DNA of 62,984 nt, filler included, from Globobulimina sp. (GCA_003354225.1; 45 parts of 45 records of this genome joined end to end with filler, not necessarily neighbours in it); one strand, 5' to 3'. Shown: positions 36,786 to 49,695, counted from the first letter of the whole stretch. Translations and numbers: made by a program. The notes: generated from the sequence alone by a model not told the origin.

Positions 36786-36992
36786 GTTTGTATTTGTTTG
36801 GTACTAATTTGATGCGAAATCAATGGTGAAACTAAAATGAAAACAATGTCAAGACAAGACTGAGTACTGAAGAAATACGAATCTGCATAGAAAACTAATG
36901 CAATATTCTCGAACCAAAATTGAGTAATAGTTTGTATATTACATTGCGAAAAACACAAACTATAAAAAATAGAGTTACGTATAATTAATCAA

Positions 36993-37762
36993 TTATTTTT
37001 TGAGTGAATTTTCTTTCATATAACAACACCAAAGACATGTTTTTGTGCAAAACAACCAATATTTCTCTGATGATTTCAACATTAGCCATAAACACATTGA
37101 ATTAATAATCATATCCCAATATATTTGAAGCCCCATCCAATCGTTAATTGCAGTCCATGTCCATAACGAGACCGATGATGCGATAGTAATGCATACCAAA
37201 ATTGTTTGTTTCTTAATCAAATGGTGTAATATTAAAATTCGTTCTGCCTCTTCAACTATTTTTTTCTTTTCAATCACATCTCTTTTCTCCGATAAACATT
37301 CATCAATCACTGTTTGAATGGTAATTATTTTTTCATTATTATCGATGCTTAACGTAGTACAGAAATGAAATAATGGCATTTATTTCGAATTGGTTGTCAC
37401 AGCTAGCTGTCATATGTTTAAACTATATATAAATCCCATTATTTCATTCAGTAACACCTTAAATCACAATGAGATTCGAGAAATGGTGCAATTAAGCCTT
37501 TATTAACGAGGTATAATCCATTGGTAAACATATATAACAGACATATGCTGACTGCAAAATGGAATACAGATAACATGACACTGCAAATAATCATAAACCA
37601 ATATAAAAGTTTGCTGTGATCTGTGGCATAATATAAAACATGTATATCACACATTTATTGTATGAATATGCAGAATCTTGAAATGAGGTTTTAATTATCC
37701 ACACAAATAAAATGTATAGAATTGCGTAGCTGGCATAGCATGCAATATAGGATAACATATAN
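36993..37762 (-). CDS. 7TM-like membrane protein, C-terminal part (frame break or intron near 37380-37450)
   Basis: TM helices with LLYMFTNGL, LIKKQTILVCI and DMIINSMCLWLM...YWLFC. Confidence 0.55.
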
Positions 37763-37878
37763 NNNNNNNNNNNNNNNNNNNNNNNNNNNNNNNNNNNNNN
37801 NNNNNTTAATTAATTAANNNNNNNNNNNNNNNNNNNNNNNNNNNNNNNNNNNNNNNNNNNNAGTGTATAGTACTAATA

Positions 37879-39163
37879 ATGCCACTGTCACTTTCATTAT
37901 CACTGTTATGGATGGCTACTGTTGTTATTCATGTAGCTAATTCACAATGTACAGACAACACCATAGCATGCACATCAGTGAGAGGTGCATCTGGTGAAAA
38001 ATCAGTGTCATGTCCATCCACCGATATCCTAGTATCATGTGGCATATTCATAGACAGCTCATCAGATTTCCCGTCTCAAGGCACTGGAATGACAGATAAT
38101 AAATGCAATATAATTTACAACGAAACCGACTACAATGGCAGCTTTCCAATTGTCATCGCCAGATGTTGCTATTTCGACAACTGTTACGATGCCAATTTTG
38201 AGTGTGAGTTGAACGTAGAACGAACGCGAACCCGCAGTATCTCCAAATCTTGCCGCAACCAACATTTATTAAGTTGTGGCGTGCAACAAAAATTCCAACA
38301 TACCGCCACCACCTGGCGCAGATAAATGCACACTGGAAATATTTGACCAACATAATATCGAATATCTATGGTTATATTATTTTTGCTGCACTGAAGACAA
38401 AGTACAAACATCTGCACCAACGGCAAGCACAACACCACCGACCATATCACCAACCTTTGCACCTACAGTACCCACCAAAAAACCTACGCCATGGCTCTTT
38501 GATGATACTGAGCATGCATCGCATACCTTTGCCACGCCAGTGTTCCCCCTGACAAACAGTGCAAATCCTCCCTCACCACAACCAACAGTGTATTTTGACG
38601 ACACTGGCAATGGCATCGTAGAGTTCATTCATTGGGGCGTCAGCAATATAAATCGAACCTATATCCCTAAGACGGGCCCGATTGAGAAAATAATTGATAC
38701 GGAGGCAGATAAATTTTATTTTACTATTAAAAAATATAAATTACGCAGTGGCTATGAGTTTAGATCTGAATATGGACAGATTTATTTGCCGGACAGTGAT
38801 GCGATGGAAAACCCGATTTGTGAGGATGTTCCAGCAGCGAATGTAAAAAAGAATATCGCGAAAATCCATGTGTATGTCAATGAAAGCACGCAGGATATTG
38901 AAGGGATGACTATCTTTAGAAATAATATCAGTGATAATATTAATGGAACACCAAATGAGGATGAACGAAATGTGGATAATTATACCTGTCATATATCAAT
39001 GGCAGCAAATAATAGTCGCGCATTCCAATATAAATTATATGAAAACGATGCTGCATTGTATCCAGATAATACATTGGATTATTCAGGCGGCTCCATGGAG
39101 ACCGCGGGATTGGTTGGATTTAAGGGCGTTGCTGATGGATTTGGAATTGATTCAATACAGGTA
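37879..39163 (+). CDS. Secreted Cys-rich protein with a PT-rich stalk; frameshift near 38280-38300
   Basis: Signal peptide, two C-x-LxSCG...C...CC modules and PT repeats, split over two overlapping frames. Confidence 0.6.
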
Positions 39164-39263
39164 NNNNNNNNNNNNNNNNNNNNNNNNNNNNNNNNNNNNN
39201 NNNNNNNTTAATTAATTAANNNNNNNNNNNNNNNNNNNNNNNNNNNNNNNNNNNNNNNNNNNN

Positions 39264-40565
39264 GATACCAACAACGAGTCCAACATTTGATCCAACCGCA
39301 CACCCTTCAGTTGACCCTACCATCCAACCAACCTCAGATCCTACAACACAGCCATCAACCCATCCTACTACGCTTCCAACGATTGATCCTACCATTGAGC
39401 CAACATCAGATCCCACAGATATGCCCAGTGAATATCCAACAACCGATCCTACACTCGACCCAACCTATGATCCAACAGCTGACCCTACAATTGACCCAAG
39501 CATGCAACCGACATCACATCCAACTGAATATCCAACAACAGATCCAACTGTTGACCCTACAGCGGATCCTACCGCACAGCCAACAGCTGTACCTACCACT
39601 CATCCTACGGATATACCATCATTTAATCCCACAGCAGATCCTACAGAATACCCGACATCAGATCCAACTGCTGATCCTACAAAGGATCCAAGCCAGCAAC
39701 CAACAAATGATCCCACTGCAATGCCAACGTGGCCAACACCCAGACCAAGTTTCGTTGTTATATTATATTATAAATTAAAATGTTGATTTTAATGAAAATC
39801 AGCTCTTTCGCCAATTCGTGAGATTTGCCCGGATGAATTTCGTATGGGACAACAATTTGATTATGTGATTGTTTATGATAATTCCTGTAAAATGGAGGCA
39901 AATGATTGTGATACATTTTTAGATGGCATTGGTGAGATTATATCACGGATAAAAAATGATAATCCTAAGGAATCCAGAGTTGCTGTCGTTGAATTTAATG
40001 ATAAAAAATCAAACGTAGTGATCTCTTTTGATGATGAAAGTGTACAACAAAATGTGAAAATGCTAGTAAATTATGTGAAACATAATGGTGACTGCACGAA
40101 AGGTGATGGTGATAGTAATGTTTTTGACGGGATTTTAGAAGCAGCCAAGCAATTTGTAGATGAGCAGAGAAATAAAAAAATAATTATTGTGTCTGGTTGT
40201 AAAGATGTAGAGGAAAATGTGAATGATTTCTGTTATGATGGTTATGATGCCGGTAAAGGCATTTTGGATGATATTGGAATTGATGTATTTGCAGTTAATT
40301 TAATTAAAGCATCGGAGCAAGAAAATGTAATTAAAAATAAACCGGAATCAAAACAATATTTATTATGTGTGGCAGATGGTGATAAAAATAAAGTTTGTAT
40401 TGGTCAGAAAAAAAAAGGAGTTTCTGTTAAAGATTTTGATAACATTATCGAGAAGTGTTTATTACCAAATATTTGTACCGCACCAACCAAAGCGCCAACA
40501 ACAAAACCAACAGCAGCTCCTTCTTTATATCCAACAGATATTCCAACTGCGATGCCGACGGAAAT
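39264..40565 (+). CDS. PT-repeat (mucin-like) plus von Willebrand A domain surface protein; intron 39749-39802
   Basis: (D/E)PTxDPT repeats, then FDYVIVYDNSC...SRVAVVEF...KIIIVSG. Confidence 0.85.
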
Positions 40566-40665
40566 NNNNNNNNNNNNNNNNNNNNNNNNNNNNNNNNNNN
40601 NNNNNNNNNTTAATTAATTAANNNNNNNNNNNNNNNNNNNNNNNNNNNNNNNNNNNNNNNNNNNN

Positions 40666-41930
40666 ACTCAGATTTGCGTAGAGTTGTACTGAACACCCAG
40701 TCGTCTTTCAATTTGGAGGCGGTGGAGACAGCGCCCTGGGCATTGGCGTTGTTATTGTGTGGAGGCTGTGGCTGTGTGGGTTCTACGATTATCATTCCAT
40801 TCTTGTTGGGGTCGGCTTTATTTGTATGTAGCTCTTTTAATTCATTCCCCTCCTTTTTAGGGATGGTATTATGCGCAGTGAAGGAGGGCGGCGCTGAGAG
40901 GGAAGGTTCGATTCTCTTTTCTGTAGATTTTAAAATATGGCCGAAATACTGCTTAATGGCGATATGTTCGGCTTTTTTCGCGAAGAATTTATGTTCGCAT
41001 AACTTGTTGATACTGATTCTGTTTTGCACGGTTTGCGCACAGCAATCGCGAATAAGCGATTCGAAGGCTTTGCTGAACGGACATTTCTTGTCGTAGAGGT
41101 CGGTGGTGATGCAAATGGAGCGTTTTTGTAGAATATTCTTGGTGTTTAAAGGCGGCGGGGAGCCATAGGTCAACTGCAAGGCAGTGATGCCAAACGCATA
41201 AATGTCGCCGGCGTACCATGAGGCACTCTCATCGCCGAATAATATCAAGGGGTCGGTGAAGGGCTCACGGTCCGGCGAGACAAAGGTGTTACGTCTGCCA
41301 GCTGCATACTTCCATTTGATCTCTTTCAATTCGCCAAACTCAGACAATAAGGCGGCGCCGTTATCGATGTCGATGTGGAGCGACGAGGCGCGAATGTTGC
41401 GATGGCATTGTTGTTGTTTATGCAAATTATGTAAACCCAAACATATGTCGTATAACATGCATGATACGATGGATTCGTCGGGTATGCCATTGGGATAATG
41501 GGAGGTCAAGACTTCGATTAAGGGGCTATATATATGCAATATGCATACATATATCGGGTGGGATATGTACGTGTGTCATATGTAGAGGGTATTATTTTGG
41601 CTACGCAAAATCGCACAGATATGGATGTAGACTTAACCCGCCACTATGCCTTGGATACACGACCCATATTTCTGATTTATGCACAAAGGCATGTACTGGT
41701 GTCAACAAATGTGGATGTTGGAAGTTGATTAAATTCTTCGTATTTTTGGTGAATTGGTCGACTGTGTTGGAATCGTCGTCTTGTGTTTGTTTTATTTTTA
41801 TGACTACGTCTTCTTTGCGTGGCTTGCAGTGTGCCAATATATTCCATGTCCCATTCTCTACGGATAAGGTGCCTTTCCATTGGAAAGTGGTCTTGCTACT
41901 TGTAGTACTTGTAGTCGTACTAGCTTCGTT
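40666..41930 (-). CDS. STE20/OSR1-SPAK-like pseudokinase; intron 41526-41637
   Basis: AHCKPRKEDVVIKIK and FQHPHLLTPVHAFVHKSEIWVV; HRNIRASSL, SEFG and GDIYAFGITALQLTYGSPP. Confidence 0.8.
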
Positions 41931-42067
41931 GATAATTGCTTTCAGAGTGCTTCAGCACGTTTAACAGNNNNNNNNNNNNNNNNNNNNNNNNNNNNNNNNN
42001 NNNNNNNNNNNTTAATTAATTAANNNNNNNNNNNNNNNNNNNNNNNNNNNNNNNNNNNNNNNNNNNN

Positions 42068-42971
42068 AAAAGAGATTGTTGACAATAAAAGAAATACAAA
42101 TATTGCGCCGATAATTAAAACTGTCGCACCATCGACACGCAGCAGAAAGCAGCATAGGAAAAAGAGAGAATATGTCGATTTATTGGATGATTCGCAGAAT
42201 GCAATGTTGCCCTTTTCAGAGACTCAAATGGGTTTCGATATATTTGATGAGCAATTTGACGATAATATCGATGTAGAAATGAAATCAATATCCGGATTGA
42301 ATGTGGATATCGATCTAGACCAAGGACAGGAAATTGGTATCATTGAATCGTCAAAATCTAAATCATTGGATATAAATGACATAAATGAATTGTTATCAAA
42401 TGAAAATAATAAAAATAACAAACTGAGTGGGAATAAAAGAAAATTGGATGAGATTATGGCTGGAAATGAGAGTAAGGCGAAAAAAATGAAATTGTGGATA
42501 TCTTCAGAAGAGAATGAGAGTGAGTCATTTTTTCCATTATTGATCGGATGTGATGCAAATATTGATACTTTGCTGAATATCTTACCCCAAAAATTAAGGG
42601 TTTTACTGGAGAAACTACCATTTAATACAATCAATGAATTGGCACAGTGTGAAAAGGAGAAAGTTTATAAATATTTGGCTGAGGCAAAAACAAAAGATGA
42701 ACCATCGGATATTGGATATATTGAATATGAGGTAAAGGAAATCATAAATACAATGCAAAGATTACTTAATAAGGAAAAAGAAAATGGACATTCATTGGAC
42801 GAGGAAAGTAAAATTATTGAATCAGAATTAAAGGCAGCTTTTGCTAAATTGGAAGGTCGAAATGAATTTAGTTTGGTTCAAGTTGTAAGAATACATGAAA
42901 TTATCGGTAAACTGAGTACGCGATGTATTCAACTTGAAATCGACCAAATCAATAAACTTGAAAAACAATGA
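42068..42971 (+). CDS. Probable RIF1 C-terminal region (5'-partial)
   Basis: ESFFPLLIGCDANIDTLL...LRVLLEKLPFNTINELAQ and terminal SLVQVVRIHEIIGKL resemble the RIF1 C-terminal subdomains as remembered. Confidence 0.55.
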
Positions 42972-43659
42972 AAGTGTTGATTCTGTAATTGCTATTGTGT
43001 ATGCTTTATATTTAATAAATTTATGTTTTTTTACCGCATCATCTGTTCATGTTTTAGAAAAATAGTAACATTTAAACCTTTTTGAAAAAACTGTATATTA
43101 GCACCATTCCACAACCATTTTGTAGGAAGCAAAAAGTGAGATGGAAACAACTAACCCAAATCCAAACGAACCAAACGACTAAATTTAGGACGTTCGAAAT
43201 ATTATATTTCTACTTATGTTGATAATGAATTTTATGATATCGAATATTAATTAAGGATATTGATCCGCCAAAAATTTCGTTTTTTTCCATTATTGTGTCC
43301 ATAATATTTAATGTTTTTGATGCGAAATCTTGTCCTAATTTATTTCTAATGCTTGAAATATTGAACATTNNNNNNNNNNNNNNNNNNNNNNNNNNNNNNN
43401 NNNNNNNNNNNNNTTAATTAATTAANNNNNNNNNNNNNNNNNNNNNNNNNNNNNNNNNNNNNNNNNNNNAATAAAAAAAAGAAAAAAAAAAAAAAAAAAT
43501 AAAAAAAAAAGAAAAAAAAAAAAAAAAAATAAAAAAAAAAAAAAAAAAAAAAAAAAAGGTAAACATCATATTTTGTATTAATTTATTATAATGACATTTG
43601 CTTAATTTTTGTATAATAAATTCCCTTACTATATTTGATACTTGCACTCCTATCCATCA

Positions 43660-43710
43660 TAAGCCCTATTCTATTCTAGGCCCTATTCTATTCTAAGCCC
43701 TATCCTATTC
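43660..43710. repeat. 17-bp tandem repeat, three copies
   Basis: TAAGCCCTATTCTATTC with single substitutions. Confidence 0.9.
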
Positions 43711-43981
43711 TGCATTTCAGGCACCATAACTACACAGCCATATGGTTGTTAGTTTCTTGTTTTGTGTGAATAAATTCATAGAAAACAAGGGTCAATGTGT
43801 GAAGTGTCGACACAAAGAAAGTTGCCATTACGCATGATGCAATGTACTTTAGGTTGTTGAAGTGAAGTAGTGACTTTTTCCTCAACACATTCATCAGCTG
43901 CAAAAACAACAAGTGCAAAAACGTTAAATAAAAAAAAACACACCGAATGCAAACAAAAATTCACAGATAACATTTATCAAA

Positions 43982-44458
43982 TCAGTCAAATAAAGCATCA
44001 TATTTTGAGTCAATCTCAGATGCAGTTCTTTTAATAATTTTTCTTTGTTTTTTCATTTTTTTAATATCTTCTTTCATCATAATTTTAATTGTTTGCATAT
44101 AATCAGCAACCCATTGGATATCATCGTCATTCATACTTAATTTCCCTAAATTAATCGTCATAACATTGCGGGAATACAAATTGGTAGCGTCTTCATTGTC
44201 TTTTAAAGATTTAATAAATTTGTATTTCAATCTCCCTTGCAACTTAATTTGATATTTAATGACTTGTTTTGTTTGCTTTTGTTTTGTTCCATACGGTCTT
44301 TTAACTGCAACAAACGATTTAATTCTCTCTTTAAATATAATTTTATGTCGTTTAATATATGCTTCCACTGTAAAATCGTCCTCTTTAATGGCATGCAATT
44401 GTGAAATATTGGTTTTCATAAAATCTTTGGTGTTGGTTGTTAATCTGGGGACAGACAT
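43982..44458 (-). CDS. Basic protein of about 158 aa, function unknown
   Basis: Intronless ORF MSVPRLTT...DALFD with a Lys-rich composition. Confidence 0.45.
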   Translation of the reverse strand: MSVPRLTTNTKDFMKTNISQLHAIKEDDFTVEAYIKRHKIIFKERIKSFVAVKRPYGTKQKQTKQVIKYQIKLQGRLKYKFIKSLKDNEDATNLYSRNVMTINLGKLSMNDDDIQWVADYMQTIKIMMKEDIKKMKKQRKIIKRTASEIDSKYDALFD

Positions 44459-44627
44459 TTTTGAAGTTGAAAACTGAAGTGAAATGGGTACGGTTTGTTT
44501 TTTATGAATAGAATCTGGCGAATGGAGCCAACCGTAAATTACACACACACAGATAAACGAGAAACAGCTGCGCCAACCACCAATCTCCAATCACCAGTCA
44601 CCAGACGATGCAGCATATTTTATATAA

Positions 44628-44771
44628 TGAGCGTACGCATTCCGTTATGATTAAGACGGTGGCATTGGGCGTTCGGAGGGATTGAACGTACGCAATCCGT
44701 ATGATCAAGACGGAGGGATTGAGAGTGCGCAAACCGTCAGGATTAAGGCGGTGGGAATGAGCGTACCCAAT
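44628..44771. repeat. ~37-38 bp GC-richer tandem repeat with internal CCGT/ACGG stem
   Basis: Variants of TGAGCGTACGCATTCCGTTATGATTAAGACGGTGGCAT, running to the contig end. Confidence 0.8.
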
Positions 44772-44871
44772 NNNNNNNNNNNNNNNNNNNNNNNNNNNNN
44801 NNNNNNNNNNNNNNNTTAATTAATTAANNNNNNNNNNNNNNNNNNNNNNNNNNNNNNNNNNNNNNNNNNNN

Positions 44872-45155
44872 TAACTCCATGTGTTTGTATATACTCCAAT
44901 GGTTAATGTATCACAAGAACCACTCCCATCAGTCCATAACTCAGCAGGTGGTTCTGGTTGAACACTTTCTACTGTGGATGCGCCAGATATTCTTACTTTG
45001 CCAAGACGAAGTGAATCAGTGCCAGTAAATACCACTTGAACATAGGTCAGATCTCCAATGTCATACGTTATATATGTATGTGCTGGAGAGGGATACCATT
45101 CATTGATTTGTGGTAATTGATCAATTTTGTAAAATAATCCGCAGTCCGAGGTCAT
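44872..45155 (-). CDS. Extracellular beta-rich (PLAT-like) fragment
   Basis: DIGDLTYVQVVFTGTDSLRLGKVRI. Confidence 0.4.
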
Positions 45156-46396
45156 TCCCGTTGGATATGTGTATGTGTTTTATATTTGGTTTGATAGTTA
45201 GATAGATGGATAGAATGCATCTGGGTGTATGTGTTTTATATTTTATTTGATATGTTTCATATTGCATACAAGTTGTTGTAGTTATCTATCTATCTATACA
45301 TCTATGTGCACATTTTAGACAAACTCTGGATTTGCCTTTGGATTGTTTTAGCCAGATGAGATGTTCTCATTTTATCGATCCTTGCACTTTATGTATCATT
45401 CATTTCAAAAGCACATCCAACGCAAACAAAATGATTGTTCTTAAGGAAATGCGACAAGAAAGCACATGCAATAGAATGATGCAATTGATTGAATGTTATC
45501 CAAATCCCAAAACATATTGATCTAATCCCAAAGAAGTGAAAAAACATTGATGGAATCCCAAATGCAATTGAATATCATTGATGCCATAAATGTCACTCTG
45601 CTATTCGTTACTGTTAACAGTTTGTTGAGAGTCTCTTCATGTCATGTTGCAGACGTATGTGAGAACCAGTAACAACAGTGCCTTGCAAATGAGTCTGTCA
45701 TCGTCATTGAACTAGAAGGATTTTCCAATTTTATTGGAAGTGATTTTTTTTATTTCCAGCACATAAAATTTTCCTTTGCAAGGATGAAAAAAATATATAA
45801 AAAACAAACCAGTTTGTGTTTGGAGACAGTTAGAATGTTTTTTTTGGGGCACTCCCTTTGCCGTTTCGGCGTTTCTTTTGGAGTCGACAATTTGGATTTA
45901 CTCCGAATTAACATGTATACAAAAAAGCAATGGTATATATTCTGCAAGAGCGCGCGTTAAAATAAATTGGTGGTTTATGCTAAACTTTTCATGTTACGCG
46001 AAAGTGTCTTAAGGAGAGAATAACGGAAGTGTGAACCAAGTTATTGCTATGGCGAACGTAAGCCAAATGTGTGGTGGGATTAAAAAAAGCAATTCAAATT
46101 TTGTCCTATTGAAATCGTCACTTTTAAAAATCACAAGGGGTTGTCCCCTTATAGCAACCACCGAGTTATGGCNNNNNNNNNNNNNNNNNNNNNNNNNNNN
46201 NNNNNNNNNNNNNNNNTTAATTAATTAANNNNNNNNNNNNNNNNNNNNNNNNNNNNNNNNNNNNNNNNNNNNTATATAGCAACGTTTTTTTGTTTTTATT
46301 TTTTTTTTGTTTTAAGAGCCTCAATTTTTCTGTTGTTTTTTAATAGAAAGGTTTTCAGAGATACGTAATTTTGACTAAGTCCTCGTCTTTTTTTTC

Positions 46397-47573
46397 ATGG
46401 ACAAGAAAGACTCTGCAGGACAATTTGTTGCAAAACAAGCCAAAAAATACCCACAATTTGCGACCTATTATGGGCGATTTGAGGATCTGTACAGCCGAAA
46501 GTTAATAGAGAATAAAACTAAACACTTATCCTTGCACTGTTAACTCAACACTGTTCCACACAGATTATACCATCAATTAACCAAAGCTTTATATGAATTT
46601 ATTTTTAATGATGATACATTTTTGGAGGATAATATGATTAAATTATATTTGAATTTTATCTCAAGCTTCCAAACCGCATTAAGCAGCATCGAATTAAGTC
46701 GTTTAATCGTACGAATCTCGAAGCAATTTAACAATTTAGAAGACGCGTTGAAATTTTTAGATGGCATACTCATGGCAGGAAAAAGTAAAAAAGAAGGCGG
46801 AAATGGTTTATTTATTTGCGAGTCGATCGGTTGGATGATCATACAATGCGAGATCGGCCATATTTACTTAATTGGTAATCTGGTCAAACAATGCAAGGAA
46901 ATCATTGAGCGCATCACAGAATTACTAAACAAGCAACATTATTACAGCTCGTCTGCTCTCTATAGCCAATATTATCGCATTTGTTTGCAGTATTTTAAGA
47001 CCATTGGCGCGCCGGACAAATATTTAGATGCTGCTCTCAAATTTTTGACGCATACCAAAGCAAAGGATTTAGCGGCAAAAGAACAATTATTGTTTGGTAG
47101 CGATATTTGTTTGGCGGCTTTGCTGAGTCCGAAATGTTACAATTTCAGCATCTTATTATCGCACGAATTGATATTAATTTTGGAGCAGACTTCGTGTGAT
47201 TGGCTCTTCCAAATTATTAAAATATTTAATACGGGAAATTTGGTGCAATGGAAGAAATATTGTATGAAAAATGAGAGCTTATTGAAAAACCATGCGACCA
47301 TTAGTCAGAATGCAGCCTTTTTAGAACAGAAGATCCGTTTAATGGCTTTGATTGAATTTGTATTCCAGACGGCAGCGCATGACCGGCTCATTTCATTTGA
47401 GCTGATTTCGCAGAAATGCGACTTGGAAGTGGACGAAGTCGAATTAGTTTTGATGAGAGCCTTTTCGTTGCAATTAATCAAAGGGATTATCGATGAGATT
47501 GATGGAAATGTATTAATCACATATTGTGTGGCAAGGTCGTTGAATCAGACACAAATTTATGACTTGAAAAATA
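46397..47573 (+). CDS. RPN9: 26S proteasome lid subunit Rpn9/PSMD13; intron 46501-46563; 3'-partial
   Basis: Spliced LYSRK-LYHQLT; LAALLSPKCYNFSILLSH; PCI domain QKIRLMAL...EVELVLMRAFSLQLIKGIIDEID. Confidence 0.95.
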
Positions 47574-47856
47574 NNNNNNNNNNNNNNNNNNNNNNNNNNN
47601 NNNNNNNNNNNNNNNNNTTAATTAATTAANNNNNNNNNNNNNNNNNNNNNNNNNNNNNNNNNNNNNNNNNNNNGATCAATTGTATGCATTTGAATTTGAA
47701 TTAAATTAACGTCTAAACAATCAATTACAATATATAGAAACAAAACTAATCAATAAAATAAAACACAAAAGTTATATCTTAGTCGCGATTGAGTATAAAC
47801 AGATTGAATGACAGCAGAGAAATGATCAGATAAAAATAAAAGATATACTTTTCTTT

Positions 47857-48974
47857 TCAATGTTTGCTCTTAAATTCATTCATTAATTCTTGGAGTTTTT
47901 CAAGATAATCAATACTTATTTCATTTTTTATTTCTATTCTTTGTTTAATGTAACTACAATCAAAACATAGATGTATATTCAGATTATTTCGGATTTTATT
48001 ACATAACGGACAGTATTTAATAATTATATCTTTAGATATGTGTAAAAACGTTTCTTTGTTTATCCAGCTCAAATCCGTCCAATTAAACAATAATTTTATA
48101 CTTTTTATAATGGTTTTTGTTGATGTTTCCTCATTATTATATATTTGATTAATGAATCTAATCATTGATTTATATGGTTTCTTTTGTGAGTGTCTAATAA
48201 ATTCATTTTTATTTATTAATAAGCAAAATAATGTGCCGTTATTGTTGATAAATTGATGGATTTCTTTTTCGTAGATCTCTTTGTATCTTTTCTCTAATAT
48301 TTTGTTCCAATTATCTTTATTTTTAGGCAAGTTTTGTATATTTATATATTTGCAATCAATTCCATAGTATTCAATAGTTTTAATATAATCCTTTGTATCG
48401 TATTTCCATTGTTTTATATTTTTGGGGAATTCCCAATATTCCATACATTTGAATCCATTTTGCTTTCTAAGTAATTGATATAATTCTTCGTAATTTTTCT
48501 TGATTAATTCTGTAAAATTTGATTTATTTTCTATAAATATTGTGAAGTACATTTTTAATTTTAATTTTTGTATAAATATGGATAATTTGGGGATTCCCAA
48601 AATTATTCTCATTGTTAAATCATTCGAAAACAGTCCACTGCCCATAATTGATGATAAAATTTTGTGCTGCGCAGAATCTAATTTATTATAATGTGATTTT
48701 AATAGTCCTAAAATTATCATTCCGTAAGTAACAGCGGGTCGTATTTTTAATGAATAAAACTGTTTCTGTAATGATAATGTCATATTTCCGCCAATTATTC
48801 CTGAAAAATATAATTTATTGTTCAGGTTTTTAAATACTTCGATTTGTTTATCAAAATGTATCATTTTAAAGTCATATTTATTATTAAAATCCCTCCAAAT
48901 ACCTAATATCTTCAGTTTACCATCTTTTACTCCCTTCTCATTTGCAATTGGTACTGGCTTTCCATTTATGTGTA
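47857..48974 (-). mobile_element. Non-LTR retrotransposon ORF2, 3' part (RT thumb plus CCHC finger)
   Basis: KILGIW; FYSLKIRPAVTYG...KLDSAQHKILSSIMG...LGIP; CPLCNKIRNNLNIHLCFDC; intronless. Confidence 0.85.
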
Positions 48975-49074
48975 NNNNNNNNNNNNNNNNNNNNNNNNNN
49001 NNNNNNNNNNNNNNNNNNTTAATTAATTAANNNNNNNNNNNNNNNNNNNNNNNNNNNNNNNNNNNNNNNNNNNN

Positions 49075-49695
49075 CAGAATAATGAATTTAGTATTATAAT
49101 TTTTACTTCCTTGCATTTGAAATTCATCTTTAACCAACAAATGTTCAATAACTTCATTTTTAGAAAAACTGCCAATGAAGTCTTGCGTCACATCTATGTC
49201 TTTGACACTAAGTCCTCTGGTGCAAAGGTCAGCAGTTGATAAAAAGCGTATCACTGCATCAAGAGATTCATTGCTGGTGGTAATTTTAAAGTCCTGCAGA
49301 TAGTAAATAGCTACTTTTCGATCGGGGTTTGAAAACGGTACATGGGATTTCAATTGCTCAGATAAAGTACTATTCATTTTAGCCAAACCACAAGTTGTAA
49401 CAGAGCTTTTATCCATGTCGTGAAGCTTCAATAAATCCCATATCGATTTAGTCAAGGCTCCAGCTTCTATGTATTTCTTCACCTTACCATCTGTTTCAAC
49501 AAGGTAGTCAGGAACCAGAACTTGCAATACAAAATTATTCACAAACATATCAGTACAATGTTCAAGTTTCATCCCTATTTTCATTCCATATTTGTTGAAA
49601 TTACAGTAACCAACACAATTTAAAGCATTAGCCTCAACCAGTCGTACAAGTATTTGTTCTATTGGCATAGTCTTTGGGACACAAATTGTCGACAT
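49075..49695 (-). CDS. Orphan intronless ORF with a Rep_trans-like motif (3'-partial)
   Basis: 207-codon ATG-initiated ORF open to the contig end; contains RGLSVKDIDVTQDFIGSF. Confidence 0.5.

Noticed and set aside
43414..43647. Poly-Phe ORF
   Set aside because: Translation of a low-complexity poly(A) tract
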